A program made the position numbers and the translations under genes. Positions 36,031-45,575 of a DNA stretch of 64,000 nt are shown here, piece after piece (the stretch's first letter is position 1; each line of letters begins with the position of its first letter). Under the pieces are notes generated by a model. It saw nothing but the letters and a program-made list of their open reading frames with translations, did not search any database and was not told the origin of the DNA. This stretch comes from Candidatus Dormiibacterota bacterium (GTDB taxonomy: Bacteria > Chloroflexota > Limnocylindria > Limnocylindrales > CSP1-4), in assembly GCA_035631615.1 (NCBI GenBank), contig DASQIK010000016.1, positions 64,577-128,576 on the forward strand, in the 5' to 3' direction.

Positions 36031-37410
36031 TTACGCCGTCTCGGCGTACCGCTGGCCTGCATAGGACTGGAACCGGGTCTGGCTCTTCCGGAACCACAGC
36101 TGGATGTCGCCGGTCGGGCCGTTGCGGTGCTTGGCGAGCTTGACGTTGATGACCTCGCCATCGAGGTCCGCGTCCTCGCCGACCTTCTCCTTCTCGCGGT
36201 AGAGGAACACGACGAGGTCCGCATCCTGCTCGATTGCTCCTGACTCACGGAGGTCCGACAGGCGCGGCTCCTTGGACTCGCGCATCTCCGGCTGGCGCGA
36301 CAGCTGCGAGAGGGCGATGACCGGCACGGACAGCTCACGGGCCAGCGCCTTGAGGCCGCGGCTGATCTCGCTGACCTCCTGGACGCGGTTGGCGTCGCGG
36401 TTGGTCGTGGTCGCCTGCATCAGCTGAAGATAGTCGACGATCACGAGGTCCAGGCCCGACTCGGCCTGAAGGCGACGAGCCTTCGTGCGCAGCTCCATCG
36501 AGGTGATGTTTGGTGTGTCGTCCATGTAGAGCGACGCCTCCGAGAGGTCGTTCATTGCCGGCGCGAGTCGCGCGAAGTCGAGCTCCTCGAGGAAGCCGGA
36601 GCGCAAGCGCTTCGAGTCGATGTTGGCGACGCTCGAGAGCAGGCGGAGCACGAGCTGCTCCTTGCTCATCTCGAGGCTGAACACGCCGACGGTCTTCTTC
36701 TCGCGGACGGCCGCGTGCTCGGCAACGTTGAGCGCGAAGCTCGACTTGCCGACCGAAGGTCGGGCAGCGACCACGATCAGGTCGCTCTTCTGGAAGCCGG
36801 TCGTGAGCTGGTCGAGATCCGGGAAACCAGACGCGATGCCGCTCAGCTCGCCGCGGTGGGCGTGCAGGTAGTCGAGGCGGTCATAGGCGGAGTGGAGGAG
36901 CTCCTTGAGCTGGCTGAAGCCGGCGGTGATGCGCCGGTTCGAGACCTGGAACAGCTCCGATTCGGCGCGGTCGATCGCCTCCTGGATCTCGGCCGGATCC
37001 TCGTAGCCGATGCCGGCGATCTTGCCGGCAGCGCCGATCAGGTTCCGGAGCACCGCCTTGCGCTCGACGATCCGGGCGTACTGGACCGCGTGGACCGCGG
37101 TCGGCGTGGCATTCGACAGCTGCGACAGGTAGGAGCGGCCACCGGCCTGCTCGAGGTCCTCGGCACGCTCGAGCGACTCGGCGACGGTCACCAGGTCGAC
37201 GGGCTCGCGGCGCTCGAACAGCTCGAGCATGGCCTTGTAGATGTTCCCGTGGGCCTGGCGGTAGAAGTCCTCGGGGCGAAGGAATTCCGCGATCTCGATG
37301 ATCGTCTCCCGATCGATCAGGATCGCTCCGAGGACCGATTGCTCGGCCTCGAGACTGTGCGGCGGCAGGCGGTCGATCACCAGGAATAGCCTCGGTCGCG
37401 GTTGTGACAC
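36031..37410 (-). CDS. dnaB: Replicative DNA helicase DnaB
   Basis: 'PPHSLEAEQSVLGAILIDRE' N-terminal motif, Walker A 'AARPSVGKSSFALN', and 'DYLQLM'. No intein (459 aa). Confidence 0.9.
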   Translation of the reverse strand: MSQPRPRLFLVIDRLPPHSLEAEQSVLGAILIDRETIIEIAEFLRPEDFYRQAHGNIYKAMLELFERREPVDLVTVAESLERAEDLEQAGGRSYLSQLSNATPTAVHAVQYARIVERKAVLRNLIGAAGKIAGIGYEDPAEIQEAIDRAESELFQVSNRRITAGFSQLKELLHSAYDRLDYLHAHRGELSGIASGFPDLDQLTTGFQKSDLIVVAARPSVGKSSFALNVAEHAAVREKKTVGVFSLEMSKEQLVLRLLSSVANIDSKRLRSGFLEELDFARLAPAMNDLSEASLYMDDTPNITSMELRTKARRLQAESGLDLVIVDYLQLMQATTTNRDANRVQEVSEISRGLKALARELSVPVIALSQLSRQPEMRESKEPRLSDLRESGAIEQDADLVVFLYREKEKVGEDADLDGEVINVKLAKHRNGPTGDIQLWFRKSQTRFQSYAGQRYAETA

Positions 37411-37543
37411 CTCTAGTGTCAGAGCGCGTGCCCTGGCTCCGATACCCGCTTATCCCCGACTTATCCAGCGATCACCAGATCGACGTGGATCGCCCGGCGA
37501 CCCGATGTGGACGCCCTGTGGACGGTGTGTGCCGAATGGAATC

Positions 37544-37578
37544 GACCGGTCGTCTCGGCCGGTCCGGGACGACCGGTC
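37544..37578 (-). terminator. Perfect 11-bp hairpin at the lexA stop codon (possible terminator)
   Basis: GACCGGTCGTC (37544..37554) pairs with GACGACCGGTC (37568..37578) across a 13-nt loop. It overlaps the lexA TGA. There is no strong T-tract, so function is uncertain. Confidence 0.4.
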
Positions 37579-38227
37579 AGTCCAGCTTGCGGATGACGCC
37601 GATGAGCTTCCCCTGGATCCTGACATCGTCGTAGAACTGGGGCTGATAGGCGGGGTTCGCTGGTTGCAGGCGGACGCGGTCCTTCTCGCGGAAGAAGCGC
37701 TTCAGCGTGACCGCGTTCTCCTCGACCTGGGCGACCACGATGTCGCCGTTGCGGGCGGTGGTCTGCGGCCGGATGAGGACGAAGTCGCCGTCGGCGATGT
37801 GCTCCTCGATCATCGAGTCGCCGCGGACGCGGAGGACGTACGCGTCGCCGCTCGGGGCGAGCAGGTCCGGGACCGACATCGTCTCCGACGCGTCCTGATA
37901 GGCCTCGATCGGGCCGCCGGCCGCGATCTCGCCGATGACCGGCAGGACGTGCGCCTCCGCGGTGATCGACTGCGGCACGAGCTCGTGCGTCAATCCGAGC
38001 TGGATCGCCGCCGTCGGGGTCAGACGGATCGCGCGGGACTGCGCGGCGCCGCGCTCGAGATAGCCCTCGCGCTCGAGCATCTGGAGATGGTGGTGAACGG
38101 CCGACGTCGAACTGAGGCCCACCGCCACGGCGATCTCGCGCACCGACGGCGGGAACCCGCGCGCCCGGAGCGTGCCGGCGATGTAGTGGAGGATCTTCAG
38201 CTTGCGATCCGCGTCGTGTCTCGTCAC
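37577..38227 (-). CDS. lexA: LexA repressor
   Basis: 'GFPPSVREIA' wHTH, cleavage site region 'VIGEIAAGGPIEA', and S24 peptidase 'VRGDSMIEEHIADGDFVLIR' ... 'VTLKRF'. Start at GTG 38227 with GGGAG 6 nt upstream. Confidence 0.9.
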   Translation of the reverse strand: MTRHDADRKLKILHYIAGTLRARGFPPSVREIAVAVGLSSTSAVHHHLQMLEREGYLERGAAQSRAIRLTPTAAIQLGLTHELVPQSITAEAHVLPVIGEIAAGGPIEAYQDASETMSVPDLLAPSGDAYVLRVRGDSMIEEHIADGDFVLIRPQTTARNGDIVVAQVEENAVTLKRFFREKDRVRLQPANPAYQPQFYDDVRIQGKLIGVIRKLD

Positions 38228-38258
38228 TCGTGACTCCCATGGGACGGTGGCCACGAGG

Positions 38259-38286
38259 ATCATACCGAACGGGTGTTCGATGTCAA
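38259..38286 (-). promoter_or_regulatory. lexA promoter with embedded Cheo-type SOS box
   Basis: The minus strand reads TTGACA-TCGAACACCCGTTCGG-TATGAT. The LexA box CGAAC-N4-GTTCG (38266..38279) fills the -35/-10 spacer. Confidence 0.8.
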
Positions 38287-38348
38287 GCACGACGATCCGT
38301 GTCCGACGCTTCGACTGCTAGACTCTGCCGTCCGCTCCACGATGAGGT

Positions 38349-38900
38349 TTGCGAACGGCGATGGCGTCGAAATCGAACGACTCAACCGAGAAGGACACGC
38401 GTGACCGACGGAGCAAGCGCGGACGCAGCCCTGGCCTTCGCCGGGTGATCGCGGCCGCTGCGTTCATGCCGATCGCGACGCGCGCGCCGCTGTACGCCCG
38501 CCTGCTGTGGTCGCTGGTCAAGGACGATCGCACGCCGGCGTCACGCAAGGTCCTCCTCGGCGGCGCGCTCGGCTACGTGGTGCTCGGCCGCGACATCGTG
38601 CCGGACTGGATCCCCGTGCTCGGCCAGCTCGACGACCTCGTCGTCGTGGCGATCGCGACCGAGCTCTTCCTCGATGGTCTCGACGACGTGCTGCTCGCCG
38701 AGAAGCTGCAGGAGGCCGGTATCCCGCGGGCCGCCTACGACGAGGACATCGCGCGCGTTCGAAGGCTCATGCCCGGTCCGATTCGCCGCGTCGCCCGTCG
38801 CATCCCGGACGCAATCCGCCTCGCCACCGACGCGGCTGCCCGATCCGGGCTCCAGCCCGGCCTGCGCCGGTGGATCACCCGCGAAGGCGCCGCGGCCTGA
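38349..38900 (+). CDS. DUF1232 (YkvA-like) membrane protein
   Basis: 'LLGGALGYVVLGRDIVPDWIPVLGQLDDLVVVAIA' is the DUF1232 signature. Divergent from lexA. Start is TTG 38349 or ATG 38361. Confidence 0.65.
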   Translation: MRTAMASKSNDSTEKDTRDRRSKRGRSPGLRRVIAAAAFMPIATRAPLYARLLWSLVKDDRTPASRKVLLGGALGYVVLGRDIVPDWIPVLGQLDDLVVVAIATELFLDGLDDVLLAEKLQEAGIPRAAYDEDIARVRRLMPGPIRRVARRIPDAIRLATDAAARSGLQPGLRRWITREGAAA

Positions 38901-38955
38901 TCGTCGTCGCCGAAACACCGGCAGCCCTGCCGGCCCACAGGAGGTACTCGAGCGC

Positions 38956-39402
38956 GTGAAGGTCATCCTGACGAAGGACGTGGACAAGCTCGGCAAGTCC
39001 GGCGAGATGAAGACCGTTGCCGATGGCTTTGCCACCAACTTCCTGATCCCGCGAAGCCTGGCGGTGCCCGCGGCCGGCGGCGCCTACCGCGCCTGGCAGC
39101 ACGACATCGCGTCGCGCGAGGACAAGCGCCAGCGCGAGCGGGCCGAAGCGGAGATCGCGGCCACGCGGATCGGCTCGACCACGCTCACCATGGGCGTCAA
39201 GGTCGGGGATGGCGGCAAGCTGTACGGCTCGATCGGGACGAAGGAGATCGCAGAGGCGCTCGGCCGCCGCGGCATCGTCGTGGACAGGCACAAGATCGAG
39301 CTCGACGAGCCGCTCAAGTCGCTCGGCACGTACAAGGTCGCGGTGAAGGTCTACAGCGGCCTCACGCCCGAAGTCACGGTGGTCGTCGAGCCCAAGGGGT
39401 AG
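38956..39402 (+). CDS. rplI: 50S ribosomal protein L9
   Basis: 'VKVILTKDVDKLGKSGEMKTVADGFATNFLIPRSLA' is the canonical bL9 N-terminus. GTG 38956 is preceded by AGGAGG. Confidence 0.9.
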   Translation: MKVILTKDVDKLGKSGEMKTVADGFATNFLIPRSLAVPAAGGAYRAWQHDIASREDKRQRERAEAEIAATRIGSTTLTMGVKVGDGGKLYGSIGTKEIAEALGRRGIVVDRHKIELDEPLKSLGTYKVAVKVYSGLTPEVTVVVEPKG

Positions 39403-39440
39403 GTCGGGTACGGCGGTGCGCCTCGGGCCGCCGGGGCGAT

Positions 39441-39611
39441 CCTGCCAGATTCCACGGTGAGGAGCGTTCGGCTCGCCGGAGAGCGTGGAATGCCTGGACT
39501 AGCGGCGACCTGACGATCGTTTGCCGATGGGGCACGTTCAGACCCAAACACGGAAGCGGCCGCCCTGCTGACAAGCCGCGCCCTGCGCCACCCAGGATGG
39601 AATCTGGCAGG
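39441..39611. repeat. 14-bp perfect inverted repeat pair enclosing 143 nt (candidate structured RNA or small element)
   Basis: CCTGCCAGATTCCA (39441..39454) pairs with TGGAATCTGGCAGG (39598..39611). A third related copy, GTGGAATGCCTGG, lies near 39485. The region is intergenic between rplI and dinB. Confidence 0.7.
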
Positions 39612-39644
39612 TTGCGCATCCCCCTGCGGTATTCGCCAGTCGAG

Positions 39645-39666
39645 TTGTCACGGTTCGGCGTGACAA
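39645..39666 (+). promoter_or_regulatory. Palindrome TTGTCAC-N8-GTGACAA immediately upstream of the dinB start
   Basis: Read directly. It ends 8 nt before GTG 39674. It could be an operator or an RNA hairpin over the ribosome-binding region. Confidence 0.5.
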
Positions 39667-39673
39667 TGGCGGC

Positions 39674-41035
39674 GTGAGCGGGAATCCGCGACGAACGATC
39701 CTCCACGTCGACCTCGACGCGTTCTTTGCCGCGATCGAGCAGCGCGACCATCCGGAGCTGCGCGGCAGGCCGGTCGCCGTCGGGATGGGCGGGACGAACG
39801 ATCGCGGGGTCGTGAGCGCGGCGTCGTATGAGGCCCGGAGGTTCGGCGTCCACTCGGCGATGCCGATCCGGACGGCGCGCCGGCTCTGCCCGGACTGCGT
39901 CTTCGTGCCGGTCGACGGTGCCAAGTACCAGCGCGTCAGTCGCGACGTGATGGCCATCCTCCGGCGATTCACGCCGCTCGTCCAGCCGATCTCGATCGAC
40001 GAGGCGTTCCTCGACGTCACCGGGTCGCGCGCACTGTTCGGCGATGGCGAGGCGATCGCGCGCCGGATCAAGGCCGCGATCCGCGCGGAGCTCGAGCTCA
40101 CGGCCTCGGTCGGCGTCGCGGCGACGAAGCTCGTCGCGAAGATCGGGAGCGACCTGCGCAAGCCCGATGGGCTCGTCGTCGTTCCGCCAGGCGAGGAGGC
40201 GACGTTCCTCGCGCCGTTGCCGATCTCGCGGCTGTGGGGCGTCGGGCCGTCGACGGCCACCGCGCTGCGCGACTTCGGCGTCGCCACGATCGGGGACCTG
40301 GCGAACCTCGATCGATCGGCGCTGGTGCGGCGGTTCGGGAAGCATGGGGCGTCGCTGGTCGATCGAGCCCACGGCCTCGATGGCGACCTGGTCGACGATC
40401 CCGACGCCGCGAAGTCCGTCGGGCACGAGCACACGTTCGACGAGGACACCGCGGACCCCGAGGTGCTCGAGCGCACGTTGCTGGCCATGTCCGAGGGCGT
40501 CTCTGGCCGGCTCCGCCATGCGAGGCTCAAGGCCGCAACGGTGACGGTCAAGATCCGGGACAGCGGCTTCAACACGGTCACCCGCCAGCGCGGGCTGCTC
40601 GAACCGACCGACCTCACCGACCCGATCTGGCGGACGGCGCTCGATCTAGCCCGCCCGGAGACGCGCGGCAAGCGCATCCGCCTGCTCGGCGTCACGGCGT
40701 CGGGGTTCGGCGTGCGCGAGCAGCTCGGCCTGTTCGAGGCCGGGGATGACCGGCAGCGACGCGTCGTCGAGGCCGCCGACGAGCTTCGGGAGCGGTTCGG
40801 GACGCGGGCGATCACCCGGGCACGATTGCTGCGAACCGGGATCCCGGCGCCATTCGAGCGCGACCTCGGGACCGCCGTCGAGCGGCGGGGGGAGCACGCG
40901 GTCGTCGAGGACGAGGCGGCGCGGCGGCGCAAGCGTCGTCCGCCGGGACCCAGGGCGACAGCCGCGCGTGCGACCGCCGAGGACGACATCGGCTCGGACG
41001 ACGTGCTGTCGTCCGACGACGCCGAGGACGAATAG
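39674..41035 (+). CDS. dinB: DNA polymerase IV (Y-family)
   Basis: 'ILHVDLDAFFAAIEQRDHPELRGRPVAVG', 'SIDEAFLDVTG' and 'TASVGVAATKLVAKIGSD' are DinB motifs. About 90-aa charged C-terminal extension. Confidence 0.9.
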   Translation: MSGNPRRTILHVDLDAFFAAIEQRDHPELRGRPVAVGMGGTNDRGVVSAASYEARRFGVHSAMPIRTARRLCPDCVFVPVDGAKYQRVSRDVMAILRRFTPLVQPISIDEAFLDVTGSRALFGDGEAIARRIKAAIRAELELTASVGVAATKLVAKIGSDLRKPDGLVVVPPGEEATFLAPLPISRLWGVGPSTATALRDFGVATIGDLANLDRSALVRRFGKHGASLVDRAHGLDGDLVDDPDAAKSVGHEHTFDEDTADPEVLERTLLAMSEGVSGRLRHARLKAATVTVKIRDSGFNTVTRQRGLLEPTDLTDPIWRTALDLARPETRGKRIRLLGVTASGFGVREQLGLFEAGDDRQRRVVEAADELRERFGTRAITRARLLRTGIPAPFERDLGTAVERRGEHAVVEDEAARRRKRRPPGPRATAARATAEDDIGSDDVLSSDDAEDE

Positions 41036-41044
41036 GCGACGACG

Positions 41045-41662
41045 ATGTCGATTGAGCTCGTCTACGAGACGCACGCCATCACCACCGACAACGAACGCGG
41101 GATCGCGACCGGCTGGCGGCCCGGAAAGCTCTCGCCGGCCGGTCGACGGGGCGCAGAGGAGCTCGGCGCGCGTCGGCAAACGGATGGAACCGAGATCGTT
41201 TACGTCTCTGATCTGCAGCGCGCGTTCGAAACCGCCGTCATTGCCTTCGCGGGCTCGTCGACCCCGATCGTCCGCGATTGGCGCCTGCGCGAATGCAACT
41301 ACGGTCGACTCAATGGGATGCGGCGAGCGAGGCTCGAAGCCCAGCGCACGCAACACCTGGTCGAGCCGTGGCCAGATGGCGAGAGCTACACCGATGTGGT
41401 CTTCCGTACCGCGCAGTTCCTCGAGGAGCTGGCAATGGAGGATTCCGGCCGCGTGCTGGTTATCGCGCATTCGGCGAACCACTGGGCGATCGAGCACCTG
41501 CTGCTCGGCAAGGATCTTGGGGCGCTCGTCGAGGCCGGGATGACGTGGCAACCAGGCTGGGAGTACAACCTGCCGGAGCGCTGGGAGCAGTCTCCTGTAA
41601 CCCGGGTGGCGAGTGACAGCCAAGGTGGCACGGGCCTCTCCGAGGATGCCTTCGAAGCGTGA
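41045..41662 (+). CDS. Histidine phosphatase family protein (phosphoglycerate mutase-like)
   Basis: The N-terminal motif is degenerate: 'ELVYETHAITTDNERGIATGW' has ETH where the family RHG motif normally sits. The downstream 'VLVIAHSANHWAIEHLL' histidine is conserved. Confidence 0.75.
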   Translation: MSIELVYETHAITTDNERGIATGWRPGKLSPAGRRGAEELGARRQTDGTEIVYVSDLQRAFETAVIAFAGSSTPIVRDWRLRECNYGRLNGMRRARLEAQRTQHLVEPWPDGESYTDVVFRTAQFLEELAMEDSGRVLVIAHSANHWAIEHLLLGKDLGALVEAGMTWQPGWEYNLPERWEQSPVTRVASDSQGGTGLSEDAFEA

Positions 41663-41669
41663 GCAGGGC

Positions 41670-41699
41670 TTGACATCGAACACCCGTTCGATCTAGCCT
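41670..41699 (+). promoter_or_regulatory. SOS-box promoter, near-identical copy of the lexA promoter
   Basis: TTGACA (41670..41675), TCGAACACCCGTTCGA (41676..41691), then TAGCCT (41694..41699). The 22-mer CTTGACATCGAACACCCGTTCG is identical to the lexA promoter on the opposite strand. Confidence 0.75.
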
Positions 41700-41780
41700 C
41701 TGGCCGAAACCGAACAGGCGTTCACGGCACCAGTGCCCGGTGACCGGAGCTCGCAATGGCCCCCCGAAAGGAGCCGCGAA

Positions 41781-42056
41781 ATGGCGATGATCCGAGTCGA
41801 GCCGGTCGAGGTCCGGGTTCGTGCCGATTGGTTCGACGGCCGCCCCCGCGAGGTGACCCTCAACGGCCGGCGGCTTCGCGTCCTGGACGTCCTCGGCGTC
41901 CGCGACGAGAGCTCCGCGTTCCCGGTCGTGACCGGACCGCGCACGCTCTTCGAGATCGAGACGGCGGACGCCCGCCTCCAGCTGGCGTTCCGCCATCGAT
42001 CCCGCCGCTGGACGATCGAAGGTGTGGAGACGCACGAGGCGTACAAGGCGGCATAG
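41781..42056 (+). CDS. Small hypothetical protein (91 aa), predicted LexA-regulated
   Basis: ATG 41781 is preceded by GAAAGGAG at a 7-nt spacing. It lies about 80 nt downstream of the SOS-box promoter. Sequence 'MAMIRVEPVEVRVRADWFDGRPREVTLNGRRLRVLDVLG...WTIEGVETHEAYKAA'. No family recognised by eye. Confidence 0.55.
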   Translation: MAMIRVEPVEVRVRADWFDGRPREVTLNGRRLRVLDVLGVRDESSAFPVVTGPRTLFEIETADARLQLAFRHRSRRWTIEGVETHEAYKAA

Positions 42057-42151
42057 CACCCGCCGAATGCCAAACCGCCGACTTCGTGCCCGAGATCGGT
42101 GGCTGACCCGGGCGACTCCACGCCCAGGGTCTTCAAGCGACTCGGGACTGC

Positions 42152-42900
42152 GTGCCGGTACCACGCGGTTCCCGGGTCGCCATAATCGGGAGCGTGCATG
42201 CCCCGTCGTTTCGTGACCTGACGCTCACGGCGTTCGCCGACCGCCTCGCGTCCTCGGATCCGGTTCCGGGCGGGGGGAGCGCATCGGCGGTTGCGGCGGC
42301 ACTCGGGGCATCGCTCGTGGCGATGGTTGCCGGGCTCACGCAGGGCCGACCCAGGTACGCCGAGCACGCCGAGCTCGCAGCGGCCGTCGGGCCGCGGGCA
42401 CGGGCACTTGGGGGCGAGCTCTTCGACCTCGCAGACGCGGACGCGCAGGCATATGCCGCGTGCGCGTTTGCCATGAAGCTGCCGCGGGAGTCGTTCGAGG
42501 ACAAGGAAGCGCGCGACCGCCAGCTCAGGGAGACGGCCGTGGTGGCAGCCGAGGTGCCGCTGCGCTCCGTCGAGCGTTGCCTCGACGCCCTGCGCCTCGC
42601 CGAGCTGCTCGCTGGGCGCTCGAACCGGAATGCTTCCTCGGACCTGCGGGTCGCGTCATTGCTCCTCGAGGCTGCCGCGGACGGCGCTGCCGCCAACGTG
42701 ATCGTCAACCTGCCGCTCGTCGGCCCCGGGGAGTGGACGGACGCCACCGAGGCGCGCACCGGCGAATTGATGCGCGAGGTCGCGCTCGTCGCGAAGCGGG
42801 TGCGAACGGTCGTGGCGTCGGGCGAGGCACGGGCGCCGCTCGCCGACGTGCCAGACGACCTGCCCGACCTGCCGGCCGTCGCGGCGGCCCGGCCGGGAGC

Positions 42901-42904
<4 letters not shown>
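42152..42904 (+). CDS. Formiminotetrahydrofolate cyclodeaminase / methenyl-THF cyclohydrolase family protein (FTCD C-domain-like)
   Basis: 'LTAFADRLASSDPVPGGGSASAVAAALGASLVAMVAGLT' is the cyclodeaminase signature. The start may be GTG 42194 rather than GTG 42152. Confidence 0.75.
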
Positions 42905-43805
<901 letters not shown>

Positions 43806-43809
<4 letters not shown>

Positions 43810-45554
43810 CCACCGGGCCTGTCGCCACCACCGCCGGGACGATGCCATCGGGCACCCCGACCGATCTCGCGATCGCGCGCTCGGTCAAGCCGCGCCCGAT
43901 CATCGACGTCGCCCGCGACCTCGGCCTCCGCGACGACGAGATCGAGCCCTATGGGTCCTCGAAGGCCAAGATCACCCTCGCGGGCATCGAGCGCCTCGAG
44001 CGAGAGCGGCCGCGCGGCAAGTACGTCCTGGTCACGGCGATCAGCCCGACGCCCCTCGGGGAGGGCAAGAGCACGACGACAGTCGGGCTGGCGCAGGGCC
44101 TGAACCGCATCGGGCACAAGGCCGCGGTGTGCATCCGCCAACCGAGCCTTGGCCCCGTCTTCGGGATCAAGGGCGGCGCCGCCGGCGGCGGCTACAGCCA
44201 GGTCATTCCCATGGAGGACTTCAACCTCCACCTGACCGGCGACGTCCACGCGATCGGCGCTGCCCACAACCTCGCGGCGGCGTTCATCGACAACCACATT
44301 CACCACGGCAATGCGCTCGGCATCGACCCGCTGAACGTGCTCTGGCCGCGCGTGCTGGACATCAGCGACCGCGCGCTTCGGAAGGTCGTCATCGGCCTCG
44401 GCGGCAAGGAGAACGGGTACCCGCGCGAGACCGAGTTCGTGATCACGGTCGCATCCGAGGTGATGGCCGTCCTCGCGCTCGCCTCGGACCTCAAGGACCT
44501 GCGGGCGCGTCTCGGGCGGATGGTCCTTGCGACCACCCGGGACGGCAATGCGATCACCGCCGAGGACCTCCACGTCGCCGGCGCGATGGCCGTGCTCCTC
44601 ACCGACGCGATCAAGCCCAATCTGCTGCAGACCCTCGAGGGCGGCCCGGCGTTCGTCCATGCCGGGCCATTCGCGAACATCGCGCACGGGAACAACTCGG
44701 TGCTTGCGGATCGGGTGGCCCTCGCGACCAACGAGATCGTGTGCACGGAGGCGGGATTCGGCGCGGACATGGGCGCCGAGAAGTTCTTCGACATCAAGTG
44801 CCGGGCCTCCGGCCTGCACCCGGACGCGGCCGTCGTCGTCGCGACGATTCGCGCGCTGAAGATGCACGGCGGCGTCGGCAGGATCGTCGCCGGCAAGCCG
44901 CTCGATCCGGCCCTGCTCGCCGAGAACGTCGGCGCGGTCACGAGCGGCGGGGCCAACCTCGCGAAGCAGATCGAGAACGTGCGGCTGTTCAACGTGCCGG
45001 TGGTCGTGGCGATCAACTCGTTCCCGACGGACACGCCCGCCGAGGTCGAGGCCGTGCGCGCCGTCGCGCTCGCGGCCGGCGCCCGCGAGGCGGTGGTCGC
45101 GAACCACTGGGCGAAGGGCGGGGAGGGCGCCGAGGCGCTCGCGACGGCCGTCTGGGCCGCCGCCGAGGTCGGCGCGCCCGACTTCAAGCTCCTCTACCCG
45201 GACGACGCGTCGCTGACCTCGAAGATCGAGACGATCGCGACGCAGGTCTACGGGGCCGACGGCGTCGACCTGAGCCCGGTCGCCGCGAAGCAGCTCGCCC
45301 AGTACGAGGCACTCGGCTACGGGAAGCTGCCGATCTGCATGGCGAAGAGCCAGTACTCGCTCAGCCACGACGCGGCGCTCAAGGGGCGCCCGACCGGCTG
45401 GCGACTCCCGATCCGCGAGGTCCGACTGTCAGCCGGGGCAGGGTTCGTCACGCCGCTCGCCGGCGAGATGCGAACGATGCCGGGGCTGCCGTCGCGGCCC
45501 GGAGGCGAGAACATCGACCTCGACGCCGAGGGCGAGATCGTCGGGCTGTTCTAG
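43806..45554 (+). CDS. fhs: Formate--tetrahydrofolate ligase
   Basis: ATGA overlap with folD. 'VTAISPTPLGEGKSTTTVGLAQGL', 'GPFANIAHGNNS' and 'LPICMAKSQYSLSHD' are FTHFS motifs. Confidence 0.9.
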
Positions 45555-45575
45555 GGGACGCGCCGCCCGATCGAC

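Noticed and set aside
38507-38959. ORF ending in a GTGA overlap with the rplI start.
   Set aside because: It is an Arg-rich off-frame reading of the DUF1232 gene. The overlap is coincidental, since any GTG followed by A creates it.
39441-39611. Calling the inverted-repeat-bounded segment a 6S RNA.
   Set aside because: Only the closing stem and approximate size fit. I could not trace the central bubble and conserved features by eye. It is left as an unassigned candidate pending a covariance-model scan.
42057-42151. ZTP (pfl) or THF riboswitch upstream of the cyclodeaminase-folD-fhs operon.
   Set aside because: Fragments such as GACCCGGGCGA and CGCCCAGGG only loosely resemble the ZTP consensus (ACCGGGCGGA ... 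CCGCCTGGGC). The pseudoknot partners do not line up.
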